A stretch of DNA of 27,313 nt. Source: a virus (taxonomy: Duplodnaviria; Caudoviricetes). The DNA is taken from positions 1-27,313 of the IMG/VR virus record IMGVR_UViG_3300032073_000194; one strand, written 5' to 3'. The position numbers and the translations under genes are program-made. The notes beneath the pieces were generated by a model. It searched no databases, was not told the DNA's origin, and worked only from the letters and a program-made list of their open reading frames with translations. Positions 1 through 9,589 of this stretch are shown piece by piece (position 1 is the stretch's first letter; each line of letters opens with the position of its first letter).

Positions 1-2092
1 GACTCTGCACTGTACTTTCACCCTTCGCATCATAGTAGACCTCCAACTGGGTCCCCGTGGTCGCCGGCACGTTGTACACGGTCTTTAGGGTGGTGTCTAG
101 GGAGCCACTGCCTTCTTCGTGGCCGTAGTATTCGAGTTCGGAAATACGTGTATAACCAGCGGTGCGTCTGTATGTTTTAGTTATTTGTAATCTAATATAT
201 TTGTAATACTCGGTTGCGTTTATGTTGATGTAAGTACTATTATTAGTTATCGAGTCGATAGGTAAATCTGTCTCTGTTTTAAGCAAAACCCAGTTAGTTT
301 CATTGTTACTACCATATAGCTTTATGTCACGTGGTGCATTTTGATAATCGATACCCGAATGTTCATATCCTTTTAGGAACATTTTTTGTAACCGCAAAGC
401 TTTGGGTAGTTCTAGTGATAAATATTCACCAAATGAACCGTTCCATGAAAATGTAGATATACCGGTACCAGACGCGTATGTAGCGTCACTGGCCCAACCA
501 GTGGTAGAATTAGTAACAACTCCATCAAAAGCTGTATATTCTGGATACGACCCCGACCCATTTGAAGAACCACTCGCCACATACCCTTTATCAGAATTCG
601 CAGTCATAGCCACCTCCGGGTACTTCCGCAGGGGTCGATCGTGGGGTCCCGTGTATTCGGTGACCACGTTGGAATCCGATCGAATCGTGGTGACGTTTAG
701 GTTCCCTGCAACCGTTAAATTATTCGATACGAGAATATTATTGGTCACGATGAGATCATCAGATACGTTGAGAGTCCTAACATTCGCTTCACCCCGAACA
801 TCAAGAACGAGGGTTTCTTTTCGTTCATACGAATAAGCCGCTTCATTTCCCGAAGCGCCTATGAGTGCGTATATTCCATCACCCGAAATAGAAACAGATC
901 GACCAAATACGTGTCCAGACGCAGTATCACTCGCCGTTTCTATACCGAGTTCAGTCCATACAGATCCCGCATTTTTAAAGGTATACGCCTTTTCACTTCC
1001 AGGTGCGCCCACGATTCCGTAGGACCCATCGGAACTTAAGGAAACCGCACTTCCAAAGGCATCTCCGGATGCGGCGTCAGATGCGGTTATGATAGCATTT
1101 TGCGACCATCCCGATCCGGCACGTTCGTACGAATAGGCTTTACCGTTTCCTCCCGTCGCACCTATGAGTGCGCGTGAACCATCGGTAGAAAGAGCGACAG
1201 AGTAGCCGAACGAATCACTTTCTGTTATTTTCGCTTGTTGACTCCAAAGATACGCACCGGTACGTTTGAACACGTACGCGGTATGCTGCGCGTGTGCGCC
1301 CAATAAAGCGTAAAGACCATCTCCAGAAATAGCGACAGAAAACCCTAAACTGAACCCTGTGAGTGCTATTTTCACACCCGCATCCCATGTGGTTGTTCCA
1401 GTTCGCCTAAATATCCACGCGGCGCTTTGCCCTGTCGCACCTACGATCGCATATGATCCATCATCAGATATAGATACGGATGCACCGTACCCCGTAGTCA
1501 CAGATATACCCGCGGCTGTTAGTGTCGTTCCAGAATCCCACGTGGACCCGGAAGACCTATAAAAAACAGACGCAGACCCATTCGCGCCTACTACCGCATA
1601 CGTTCCATGACTGGAAATATCGACCGCGTACCCAGCAGTCGAAGAAAAGGTATGTTCTTGTGTCCACGTACTTCCTGAACGTGTGAACGTGTACGTTTTA
1701 TTTTCACCATGCGCACCTACGATCGCATAGAGTCCGTTAGTACTCATGGCGAGTGTATTCGCAAAATAGTTCCCGGAAGAAGATACGGTCGAAGTAAATT
1801 TTTGTTTTTGATCATAATCGGCATTCGAGCCGTTATAAATAGTCGCAACGTTCGCGACGTCTAAGGATCCTTTGACTTCAACATTAGATGTTGCGACAAA
1901 TGCCTTTGCCCCATTTTTAAATTCGAGTGTATTTGTGGTGACGTTACCAGTATTCGTTACCGTATGAAGTCCAGAGACACCAGAAAATGATACACCTGAT
2001 ATATTTAATCCCTGAGCATATACATTTCCTGATGTCACACGAAGGTGTGCGTCGTCTATATTCAGAAACGCGTTAGGAGTCGAGGCAGACAT
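1..2092 (-). CDS. Large fibre/adhesin-like protein, 3'-truncated by the window edge: N-terminal shaft, 7 FG-GAP-like beta-propeller repeats, discoidin/F5-8 type C-like domain, start of a LamG-type region
   Basis: Manual translation from the ATG at 2092 (MSASTPNAFLNIDDAHLRVTSGNVYAQ...) stays open to the window start (~697 codons). It has seven FGxSV[AS][IL]SxDGxY[AG][LI][IV]GA-type repeats at ~820-1790, then GPHDRPLRKYPEVAMTANS...GEYLSLELP...LYGSNNETNW...ELEYYG and LEVYYDAK, shared with other genes here. The conserved leader precedes it. It is absent from the ORF track because no stop codon falls in the window. Confidence 0.9.
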   Translation of the reverse strand, partial: MSASTPNAFLNIDDAHLRVTSGNVYAQGLNISGVSFSGVSGLHTVTNTGNVTTNTLEFKNGAKAFVATSNVEVKGSLDVANVATIYNGSNADYDQKQKFTSTVSSSGNYFANTLAMSTNGLYAIVGAHGENKTYTFTRSGSTWTQEHTFSSTAGYAVDISSHGTYAVVGANGSASVFYRSSGSTWDSGTTLTAAGISVTTGYGASVSISDDGSYAIVGATGQSAAWIFRRTGTTTWDAGVKIALTGFSLGFSVAISGDGLYALLGAHAQHTAYVFKRTGAYLWSQQAKITESDSFGYSVALSTDGSRALIGATGGNGKAYSYERAGSGWSQNAIITASDAASGDAFGSAVSLSSDGSYGIVGAPGSEKAYTFKNAGSVWTELGIETASDTASGHVFGRSVSISGDGIYALIGASGNEAAYSYERKETLVLDVRGEANVRTLNVSDDLIVTNNILVSNNLTVAGNLNVTTIRSDSNVVTEYTGPHDRPLRKYPEVAMTANSDKGYVASGSSNGSGSYPEYTAFDGVVTNSTTGWASDATYASGTGISTFSWNGSFGEYLSLELPKALRLQKMFLKGYEHSGIDYQNAPRDIKLYGSNNETNWVLLKTETDLPIDSITNNSTYININATEYYKYIRLQITKTYRRTAGYTRISELEYYGHEEGSGSLDTTLKTVYNVPATTGTQLEVYYDAKGESTVQS

Positions 2093-2132
2093 CTATTATG
2101 AAGGGAGGTTTTTTTAAATGAAAAAAGTTTTA
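2093..2132 (-). promoter_or_regulatory. Conserved fibre-gene leader (short form of the spacer element)
   Basis: Minus strand reads AAAAAAACCTCCCTTCATAATAG-ATG; the same motif precedes most large genes. Confidence 0.65.
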
Positions 2133-3344
2133 TTATATATGATATCTTATTATTACGATCCCATCGCCGCCCGACCCTGTGGGGGGGCCGCCAACGACAC
2201 CACTCCCCCCCGACGAACCACCCCCACCCCCACCTTTTCCATCTGTACCATCTAAACCACTCCGCGTCGACGAACTATTAGCATTTCCACCTCCCTGACC
2301 ACCACCTCCTTGACCACCGCTAGATCCACTACCAGGATTATTCTGTGTACCCCCACCCCCCCCACCGGCATAATATGTCATGGTTCCACTTATATCGAAC
2401 TCTCTACCATCGCCTCCATTACCTCCTATGAGATTAGCCTGACCACCCGTCCCAGCTACTCCTGGGGCACCCGCTCCACCCCCACCACTTCCACTTCCAT
2501 AAAGAGTCGCATCCCCATGCCCATCACCCCCCTTATGTCCCTGAGGCCATGTTCCATCCCGTACCTGATTCGTCCTAAAAGCCCCACCAGTTGATCCAAC
2601 TCTTGTTCCATCCCATGCAACATCTGTTCTATAATAATGTCCTCTAGCTCCTCCTAATGCTATACAAAAAGGCTCAACACCGAATGAACTGTTTGTACCA
2701 TTACCGCCGACACCACCAGTTCCCACGACTATCGTATAATTTCCATTTCCAACATATTTGTCAGAGAAGTAAAGAAGACCACCCGCACCTCCCCCCCCAC
2801 CGCCGCCATGGTGGTCGTCTCCAGGGCCACCTGCACCACCTCCACCTACTATCAATAAATCTATATATCCGGGTGAAGTGACAGTAAACGTTCCATCGCT
2901 CGTAAACGTATGTGTTTTGTACCCGGGAGCATTGGTAGTTGATTCAGTTCCTCCTGTTGCAGACACTAAAAGTTCACCATTCATCGTAATATTCCCACTC
3001 ACGGTCAAATTCTCACTTACGGCCACATTCCCACTGGCCACAATACTCGTCGTAGGGTTCGTAAACTCTACTGTATGTGTGGTCGCGTTCCCCATATCCG
3101 TCACGGCTTGTAAGTTATGACGGGCCGCCACGTTGACGACACCCATGGTCATGACACCCCCGATCGCGAGATTCGATGAAACGTAGGCGTTTCCAGTTAT
3201 ATATAAATTTGAGCTGGGATTATTTGACCCGGTGACCCCGATTCCTAGACTGGTCGTTCGCGTATCGAATACGATATTCGACGTGTCGCCACGGAAAAGG
3301 ACCCGTTTCGTGCCCTGATACTCAAGTATTCCGTCCGTGGACAT
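2133..3344 (-). CDS. Fibre-like protein with C-terminal glycine-rich domain (403 aa)
   Basis: N-terminal MSTDGILEYQG...SNIVFDTRTTSLGIGVTG and FTNPTTSIVASGNV shaft motifs. Distal domain runs YKTHTFTSDG...LLIVGGGGAGG...YYAGGGGGG...GDGIVIIRY. Confidence 0.9.
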   Translation of the reverse strand: MSTDGILEYQGTKRVLFRGDTSNIVFDTRTTSLGIGVTGSNNPSSNLYITGNAYVSSNLAIGGVMTMGVVNVAARHNLQAVTDMGNATTHTVEFTNPTTSIVASGNVAVSENLTVSGNITMNGELLVSATGGTESTTNAPGYKTHTFTSDGTFTVTSPGYIDLLIVGGGGAGGPGDDHHGGGGGGGAGGLLYFSDKYVGNGNYTIVVGTGGVGGNGTNSSFGVEPFCIALGGARGHYYRTDVAWDGTRVGSTGGAFRTNQVRDGTWPQGHKGGDGHGDATLYGSGSGGGGAGAPGVAGTGGQANLIGGNGGDGREFDISGTMTYYAGGGGGGTQNNPGSGSSGGQGGGGQGGGNANSSSTRSGLDGTDGKGGGGGGSSGGSGVVGGPPTGSGGDGIVIIRYHI

Positions 3345-3403
3345 ATCTATTATGAAGGGAGGTTTTTTCTTACAAAGTGGGTTGCACTTTGGAGGAAATG
3401 TGT
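3345..3403. repeat. Intergenic leader plus hairpin element (CAAAGTG-GGTTG-CACTTTG at 3373-3391)
   Basis: Leader motif followed by an inverted repeat and GGAGGAAAT; near-identical copies at 12073-12131 and 25714-25748. Confidence 0.8.
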
Positions 3404-3718
3404 TTAAATTTCAGTTTCGTCCCATGATTGGGTCTCTTCGTTCCAGGTGTACGTTTTATCGTCCGAAGGGTAAGGAACTGGAGGCTGCCAGTGACATGTA
3501 TCATCCAGGGTCCATGAAGGAAAGGGTTGAGGTGCCGAAAAGTTATCCTTGTCTGGGTGATACGTAAACCCTATTCCGGCATAGTTATTACCTTCCGTGT
3601 CGTAATAGGTCCTAACCCACGTTCCATTTAACTCGTACTCACACCAAAGTCGACTTTTCGCTCTAATGACCCGAAGAACTTCTTTGGTTTGAGGATTGAT
3701 TTCTGCAAAGGAAGGCAT
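3404..3718 (-). CDS. Small Trp/Pro-rich protein, putative partner/assembly chaperone of the glycine-rich fibre (copy 1 of 3)
   Basis: 104 aa, FAE...NYAGIG[FY]TY...F..PQP[FY]PSWTLDDTC.WQ.P...YTWNEETQSWDETEI. Paralogues at 9590-9898 and 25749-26063, each directly downstream of a glycine-rich gene. Function is inferred from position. Confidence 0.85.
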   Translation of the reverse strand: MPSFAEINPQTKEVLRVIRAKSRLWCEYELNGTWVRTYYDTEGNNYAGIGFTYHPDKDNFSAPQPFPSWTLDDTCHWQPPVPYPSDDKTYTWNEETQSWDETEI

Positions 3719-3727
3719 ATTTTATAC

Positions 3728-5143
3728 TTATACGAGATATCTTATTACTACAATTCCCGATCCACCATTTGCCCCATCGTAGTTATACCCAGCACCTCCA
3801 CCTCCACCTCCACCGGTATTTATGGTTCCGGAAGTTCCCGGGTTTCCATTCCCGGCCCCTCCTGAATTTCCACCCGAACCACCTCCTCCGGTTCCACCCG
3901 AACCACCTGTAGCGGTATAATGACAGGCACCTCCACCACCACCCGCGTAATACACATCACCTAGTTCGCGTATGGTGGATATGACTCCAGTTCCACCTGC
4001 ACCACCTTGGGAACTACTCTGGCTATTTTGACCGACCGCACCCGCGCCACCACCCCCACCCGCCGCGCGACCCTCGCCACCAGCGTGATTGCCATTTCCT
4101 CCATTATTACCCTGTCCCGACATACCCGAACCACCACTTGCAATACCGTTATTACCATCAGATCCTCCACCTCCTGAACCACCCGAACCACCATTTCCCA
4201 CGTTAACTCCATACCCACCACCTGATGCCGCGACAATACTTGTCGGGGGGCTCGTGGCCTCCACTATTGAAGAATCGTTACCCTTTGTACCGTACGCGGA
4301 TGAAGAGGAACCTCCCGCTCCGCCAGTACCTACTGTAATATCATACGCGCCGACTGCTAATGTTACCGGCCCAGTGAGCATACCACCCGCTCCTCCACCA
4401 GAACCTGCATTCTTTCCCCCCCCACCTCCACCAGCGACCACGAGGTATTCAACTTCACCACCAGTTATAACTGTCAACGACCCCGAAGATGTGAATGTAT
4501 GAATTTTGTATCCACCACTGTATGCCGTGGTTCCGCTACCTGCGGATTGGGTGGCACTCACCCCACCGATGGATTGCCACACAGTTCCGTTATACACTTC
4601 TAGGCGATTTGTCGTTGAATTAAACCGAATCATACCTGCGACCCCGGTAGGTTGTTCACCTGTCGTACCACTCGGAATGACTATGGCCCCAGTTCCCGCG
4701 ACGTGGAGTTCCGCACCTGGACTCGATGTCCCAATTCCGACCCTCGAATTCACCGTATCCACAAAGATATTCGCAGTTCCCACCTCCACATTCCCACTGA
4801 CGGTCAATTCACCACCCACCTCCACATTCCCACTGGCGACTAAAGACGTATCGGTATTCTGAAATTCAACAGTTAAAGGTGTCGTATTCCCCGTCCCTGT
4901 CACAGCCTCGAGATCATGGCGTGCGACCACGTTGACGGTACCCATGGTTAATACACCACCGACACCGATATCACTAGTGACGTAGGCGTTTCCAGTTATA
5001 TATAAATTTGAGCTGGGGTGGTCTGTTCCCGTGACGCCTATCCCTAGACTCGTAGAGGTCGTGTCGAACATGATATTCGAAGTCGTACCGACGAACGTCG
5101 CTCTATTCGTCCCCTGAAACTTAAGATGACCGTTCGCGGACAT
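3728..5143 (-). CDS. Fibre-like protein with C-terminal glycine-rich domain (471 aa)
   Basis: Shaft motifs, RVGIGTSSP, PTGVAGMIRFNSTTNRLEVYNGTVW connector, then GYKIHTFTSSG...YLVVAGGGGGG...GSGIVVIRYL. Confidence 0.9.
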   Translation of the reverse strand: MSANGHLKFQGTNRATFVGTTSNIMFDTTSTSLGIGVTGTDHPSSNLYITGNAYVTSDIGVGGVLTMGTVNVVARHDLEAVTGTGNTTPLTVEFQNTDTSLVASGNVEVGGELTVSGNVEVGTANIFVDTVNSRVGIGTSSPGAELHVAGTGAIVIPSGTTGEQPTGVAGMIRFNSTTNRLEVYNGTVWQSIGGVSATQSAGSGTTAYSGGYKIHTFTSSGSLTVITGGEVEYLVVAGGGGGGKNAGSGGGAGGMLTGPVTLAVGAYDITVGTGGAGGSSSSAYGTKGNDSSIVEATSPPTSIVAASGGGYGVNVGNGGSGGSGGGGSDGNNGIASGGSGMSGQGNNGGNGNHAGGEGRAAGGGGGAGAVGQNSQSSSQGGAGGTGVISTIRELGDVYYAGGGGGACHYTATGGSGGTGGGGSGGNSGGAGNGNPGTSGTINTGGGGGGGAGYNYDGANGGSGIVVIRYLV

Positions 5144-5270
5144 ATCTATTATTTAGGGAGGTTTTTTTAAACGAAAAAGTCCGGAGGACTTTGTTTGATA
5201 CGAGTGGCTTCACCACTCGGGGGTGTCTTTCTTGCAAAGTGGGACTCGGTCCATTTTGGAGGAAATTTGA
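5144..5270. repeat. Long intergenic leader plus three-hairpin element
   Basis: AAAGTCC-GGA-GGACTTT (5176-5192), CGAGTGG-CTTCA-CCACTCG (5201-5219), imperfect CAAAGTGGGAC-TCG-GTCCATTTTG (5235-5258). Confidence 0.8.
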
Positions 5271-5558
5271 TTATAAATCATCTGTTGTATCAGTGTATTT
5301 CGATTTTAAATTGTCATATATTTGTTTATGAACATCTACTAATGTTTCTGAACCTATACTGACATATTCGTATTTCAAAATCTCCTTTTCCGCTTCTCGT
5401 GCTTCTTTCGTGGCATAAAAATCACAAATACCAACAACCTGAAACACACCGTTATTGTTTGTATTATTTATAATATCTATTTCCCTGACGCGTACGTAAT
5501 AATTATTAATAGAAACACCGTTATCTAATTCTAGAGTATCTTTGACGAATATACCCAT
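5271..5558 (-). CDS. Small hypothetical protein (95 aa), possible partner of the upstream fibre
   Basis: Start reassigned from 5627 to the ATG at 5558 (MGIFVKDTLELDNG...). This removes the overlap with the upstream gene, and the ATG follows TAAGTATA as in the other small genes. Confidence 0.75.
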   Translation of the reverse strand: MGIFVKDTLELDNGVSINNYYVRVREIDIINNTNNNGVFQVVGICDFYATKEAREAEKEILKYEYVSIGSETLVDVHKQIYDNLKSKYTDTTDDL

Positions 5559-5587
5559 TATACTTATACATGATATTTTATCTTTAA

Positions 5588-7015
5588 CTACCAATAAATA
5601 TTGTTTTCGGAGTAAACTTCTATCCACGCACGTGGATACGATCCATTTGTGCCACCATTGATAGTGACTCTGATCCCATTATGAGTTCCACTGCTAGCTA
5701 TTGATATACCACTGTCACCCGACTGCCGATTCGAAAATGTATTCGTTCCATATACACTGAATGTGAATTCTGCGTATAATGCCCACTGGAGTGCTCCATT
5801 ATTCGATGCCACACCAGCCGCGTGTACACGAACAAAACCAGGCCTTGAGTGCCCCCCTAATACAAAATCTTTCGTGAACGACGATTTATTGTTACCGGGA
5901 TTTACTTCAACTGCGACATACCTTGCCCTATTTGTTTCAGTCCCCCCGATAGCGAATGGGTATCCCGAGGGTCTCGCAGCTCCATGAACGTCTAAAGTTC
6001 GAGATGGGGACACTGTTCCTATACCAACGAAACCGTCGTGTGTTATACGCATCTTCTCATTGGGAGCAGTAGTGTTATTACCAACATGGATGGCTAATCC
6101 TGTATTGGCTTGGTAGAATTCGGTACGATAATTACCGGTGGAGTAGCGGTCTATGCTTAATCCAGGTTTGGTGGTACTCCCCGTGTATATACTTAACATT
6201 TGTCCCGGACTCGTCGTCCCCACGCCTACATTTCCGTTCCCACATATACGCATAACTTCTTGAGTAGTAGAATTCCCGTCACTGGTTATAATAGCTAAAC
6301 CTTCTAAATCGCCACTGCTAGGTACGTTGACACCTACGTGATGTAAGTCTGTGTATGCTGATCCAGCACCTCTTCTTAATCTAATTCCCGGAACAGTACC
6401 ATCGCCTGTGTACACTTCCAAAAATCGACCCGGAGTCGTCGTCCCGATTCCCACCCTATTATTCACCGAATCAACGAAGAGTGTATTCGTATCTACAACC
6501 ACATTCCCACTGACGGTCAATTCACCACCCACCTCAACGTTCGCAGTCGTCACGAGACCTGTCGTCGCATTCGTAAATTGGACGGTATTAGAAGTGACGT
6601 TTCCAATATTCACGATCTGGTCTAAATTAGAAGAAATACCAGAAATATTACTCCCATCCCCGTACAAATACCCGGCAACAACATTCCCATCCACCTCAAC
6701 ATTCCCACTGGCGACTAAAGAAGTCGTAGGATTCGTAAACTCTAGGGTTAAAGGCGTTATATTCCCCGTGGCCGTCACAGCCTCGAGAGAATGCTGCGCT
6801 TCCACGTTGACCGTTCCCATGATGAGCGTTCCACCGAGTTCGAGGTTTGTGCTCACGTATGAATTACCTAATACATGAAGATTCGCTTCTGGGGAATCTG
6901 TTCCAACCCCGATCTTTCCTGTTAGTGTATCGACCACGGCGTTAGAGGTATTACCGACCCCCTTAAACGTAATTTTGTCTACATCCGTGAAGACCAATTG
7001 CCCGTTGGTAGACAT
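5588..7015 (-). CDS. Fibre-like protein with repeated VG[IV]GTxxP shaft units and a small non-glycine-rich C-terminal head (475 aa)
   Basis: IGVGTDSP, VGIGTTTP, VGVGTTSP and VGIGTVSP repeats. The FTNPTTSLVASGNVEV and GYLYGDGSNISGISS block is shared with 12428-15400. Confidence 0.9.
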   Translation of the reverse strand: MSTNGQLVFTDVDKITFKGVGNTSNAVVDTLTGKIGVGTDSPEANLHVLGNSYVSTNLELGGTLIMGTVNVEAQHSLEAVTATGNITPLTLEFTNPTTSLVASGNVEVDGNVVAGYLYGDGSNISGISSNLDQIVNIGNVTSNTVQFTNATTGLVTTANVEVGGELTVSGNVVVDTNTLFVDSVNNRVGIGTTTPGRFLEVYTGDGTVPGIRLRRGAGSAYTDLHHVGVNVPSSGDLEGLAIITSDGNSTTQEVMRICGNGNVGVGTTSPGQMLSIYTGSTTKPGLSIDRYSTGNYRTEFYQANTGLAIHVGNNTTAPNEKMRITHDGFVGIGTVSPSRTLDVHGAARPSGYPFAIGGTETNRARYVAVEVNPGNNKSSFTKDFVLGGHSRPGFVRVHAAGVASNNGALQWALYAEFTFSVYGTNTFSNRQSGDSGISIASSGTHNGIRVTINGGTNGSYPRAWIEVYSENNIYW

Positions 7016-7140
7016 ATCTACTATTGAGGGAGGTTTTTTTAAACGAAAAAGTCCGAAGGACTTTGTTTGATACGGGACAAGTGCTTCGCACTTGGAACTT
7101 GGGTTCTTACAAAGTGGGTTCCACTTTGGAGGAAATGTAT
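7016..7140. repeat. Longest ('master') form of the intergenic leader plus hairpin element
   Basis: AAAGTCC-GAA-GGACTTT (7048-7064), CAAGTGC-TTC-GCACTTG (7078-7094), GAAC-TTGG-GTTC, CAAAGTGG-GTT-CCACTTTG (7110-7128). Confidence 0.85.
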
Positions 7141-9537
7141 TTATTGATTCTCAAGAGTTGATACTCGTTCTAATAGATTGTTAATTGTATTTTGTTGATT
7201 TTCGATGATTTTGATTAATTCTTTTATAGCTGCCGTATTTGCTATTGGCCAACGTGTATAATTCATTTTTAAGAAATCACCTTGATCATCTATATATTCT
7301 GGGAACAACGTTTGTATATTTTGAGCCGAAACACCGGCCTGTCTTTCGGTATATTTCCTTTTATATGCAATTTCTTGCCTAGGTGGTTTCATAGTAAATG
7401 TGATCAATTCGACATTTTTTATTTTATCCAATATATTTTCTGGGTTATATTCTTCTATGTTTTCTTTTAACCGTATATCTGATCCGCTCTGGAGCGACCC
7501 ACCCGCTGTGATGTGCCACCCAGCACTGGGTCGACCAGTAGATGAAGTCCAACTACCATTCCAACTACTACCTGCAGTATCTTCATCAAAATATGATAGA
7601 GCACCGTGATCTCCAGGGTTTGAAAACGTCATTCCTTCTCCACCCATAGCTAAAAATGCACCTTCATCACCTTCAAATGTTAGTACCAACTGTTCCCTAG
7701 TTTTTTCTCCCCTCGCGGATGATTCCTGTGAATTTGAATTTGCACCATTAGGAACTGGCCAACCAGCTTTCCATGCTCCAGCTGATGCCTTAAAATACTT
7801 ACTGACGAACATCGAACCTTGAATATCCCGTCGTGAACGTCCGCGGCCTTGTGGAGTAGACCCTGTACTGTTGTCGTCCAAAGATTCAGATTGAATTACG
7901 GTTTGTATTTCCGATTTTACTTCACCTCTCACATCTAATTCAGTTTGTGGTTCATATGTACCTATTCCTAATCGCCCAGATTTGAGTGTCATGGAGAGAT
8001 CCCCGTGCCCAAATTCTTCTTTTTGGTATACATATAATTGATATATCTCACCAGGGTTTAGGGGTCGATTGAAAAGACGGAAGTTCGCGATGGAACCTTT
8101 AAAAAAGCCACCTGTTTGAAAACTTGTTTGTTCCCCGCTAAAATGAATACCTAGACTTAAATATGGATTCGTAGGAATAGTTAACGCTTGACCTGTACCA
8201 CCAAACGATACTAATCTTCCATTAAAATATATTTCTACTGTTCCATCACTATTTGCTATACATGTAGTGTGTACCCATTCATTAGCAGTAAAAATGTCAG
8301 CTCGTGTTTTTACAGTAGTACCATCCCATATAAACACACCCAATTTCCCATTGTCCACGTTCATACCAAAAGATTCACCACCACTACCGTGTCCAAAGTG
8401 AAATAAAATATCCTCACCCGAACTAACTTCTGGAACTTTAAACCATACCGATGCGGTATAACTAGATGTGGGTGTAAAGTTCGAGAATGGACCCATGTGT
8501 ATTTTATCGTTACCACCGTCAAACGTGAATGATTTTGATACTGAATCATGCACGACGCCATCTAGAGTTGCGTTCCTGTTGTTAGCCGTCTCATCTTGAA
8601 CCGACCCATTCGTATAATTTTTCGCATCATAATACACCTCCAACCAATCCGTGTTGGGAACGTTGGCCACCGACTTTATAGTCATATTAGTTCCATGAGC
8701 ATCGGGGTCATATTCCGGAACACCGAAAAGTTGCCACTCACTTAATGATGTATGTCCAGCGTTAGGTCCACCGCGGTTATTTGTAATTACTAAAACAAAA
8801 TACCTATAAGCGGTTATAGAATTAACATCATTAAATGATAAGGTATATTTTTCTTCTCTTACCTCGGCACCTTTAATAGTATATACCCTATCCCACGATG
8901 ATCCATCGTTAGAACCCCATATAGTTCCATTTTTTATAAATTCAGACCTACCATAGCTTACCGAGTTACCACCCGTTGAATTAGAAAATCTGGGTTGTAA
9001 TGTAAACCCCTTTAATTGCATTTTTTCATTCGCTGGAAGTCTAATTTTAATCCATTCACCCTGATCAGCTGCTGTAAATGTTTGAGCCGATCCAGTTGAA
9101 AAATTGACGAAAGTTCCAATATAATTACCATCCGATCCCGACGTGTTATACCTATTACCCCCACTAGTCTCGTGGCGCCACCCATTAGACTCTGCAAACG
9201 TATTATTAAAAGCACTCCAGGCATAACGACTCGAACTCGTTTCTTCTGAACTAGCTTCTGCAAGGTATCCACCGGTTGTATTAGCAGTCATAGCCACCCT
9301 CGGATACTTAATAAGCTTTTTCGACCGACTAAACTCCGTGACGACGTTGGAATTAAGCTGAATCGAAGCGACGTTCGCGTCGTGGTCGCATTCGATATGT
9401 AAATTAGACGTATGACTCGAGTTCCCGGCTCCTATTTCTATGCTCATACTCTGCGTGTCGACGATGATATTCGAGGTCGCCCCGCGGTAGATGGCTTGGT
9501 TCATCCCCTGATAATCGAGTATACCGTTCTCGGCCAT
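7141..9537 (-). CDS. Fibre/adhesin with discoidin-like domain, LamG (concanavalin A-like) domain and C-terminal peptidase S74-type intramolecular chaperone (798 aa)
   Basis: Start reassigned to 9537 (MAENGILDYQG), directly after the conserved leader. KYPRVAMT...GEWIKIRLP...WGSNDGSSW...QLFG is discoidin-like. FTFDGGND...SVWFK...WVH...YFNG...GSIANFRLFNRPL is LamG-like. SDIRLKENI...GVSAQ...FPEYI...AIKEL plus a coiled coil is S74-like. Confidence 0.88.
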   Translation of the reverse strand: MAENGILDYQGMNQAIYRGATSNIIVDTQSMSIEIGAGNSSHTSNLHIECDHDANVASIQLNSNVVTEFSRSKKLIKYPRVAMTANTTGGYLAEASSEETSSSRYAWSAFNNTFAESNGWRHETSGGNRYNTSGSDGNYIGTFVNFSTGSAQTFTAADQGEWIKIRLPANEKMQLKGFTLQPRFSNSTGGNSVSYGRSEFIKNGTIWGSNDGSSWDRVYTIKGAEVREEKYTLSFNDVNSITAYRYFVLVITNNRGGPNAGHTSLSEWQLFGVPEYDPDAHGTNMTIKSVANVPNTDWLEVYYDAKNYTNGSVQDETANNRNATLDGVVHDSVSKSFTFDGGNDKIHMGPFSNFTPTSSYTASVWFKVPEVSSGEDILFHFGHGSGGESFGMNVDNGKLGVFIWDGTTVKTRADIFTANEWVHTTCIANSDGTVEIYFNGRLVSFGGTGQALTIPTNPYLSLGIHFSGEQTSFQTGGFFKGSIANFRLFNRPLNPGEIYQLYVYQKEEFGHGDLSMTLKSGRLGIGTYEPQTELDVRGEVKSEIQTVIQSESLDDNSTGSTPQGRGRSRRDIQGSMFVSKYFKASAGAWKAGWPVPNGANSNSQESSARGEKTREQLVLTFEGDEGAFLAMGGEGMTFSNPGDHGALSYFDEDTAGSSWNGSWTSSTGRPSAGWHITAGGSLQSGSDIRLKENIEEYNPENILDKIKNVELITFTMKPPRQEIAYKRKYTERQAGVSAQNIQTLFPEYIDDQGDFLKMNYTRWPIANTAAIKELIKIIENQQNTINNLLERVSTLENQ

Positions 9538-9589
9538 TTCTATTATGAAGGGAGGTTTTTTTAAATGAAAAAAGTCCGAAGGACTTTGT
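9538..9589. repeat. Intergenic leader plus single hairpin (AAAGTCC-GAA-GGACTTT, 9571-9587)
   Basis: Truncated version of the 7016-7140 element. Confidence 0.8.

Noticed and set aside
3352-3368. GGAGG read as a Shine-Dalgarno sequence, or hairpin plus T-run read as a bacterial intrinsic terminator
   Set aside because: GGAGG is on the non-coding strand relative to the genes (the mRNA reads CCUCC). On the coding strand the run following the hairpins is poly-A rather than poly-U.
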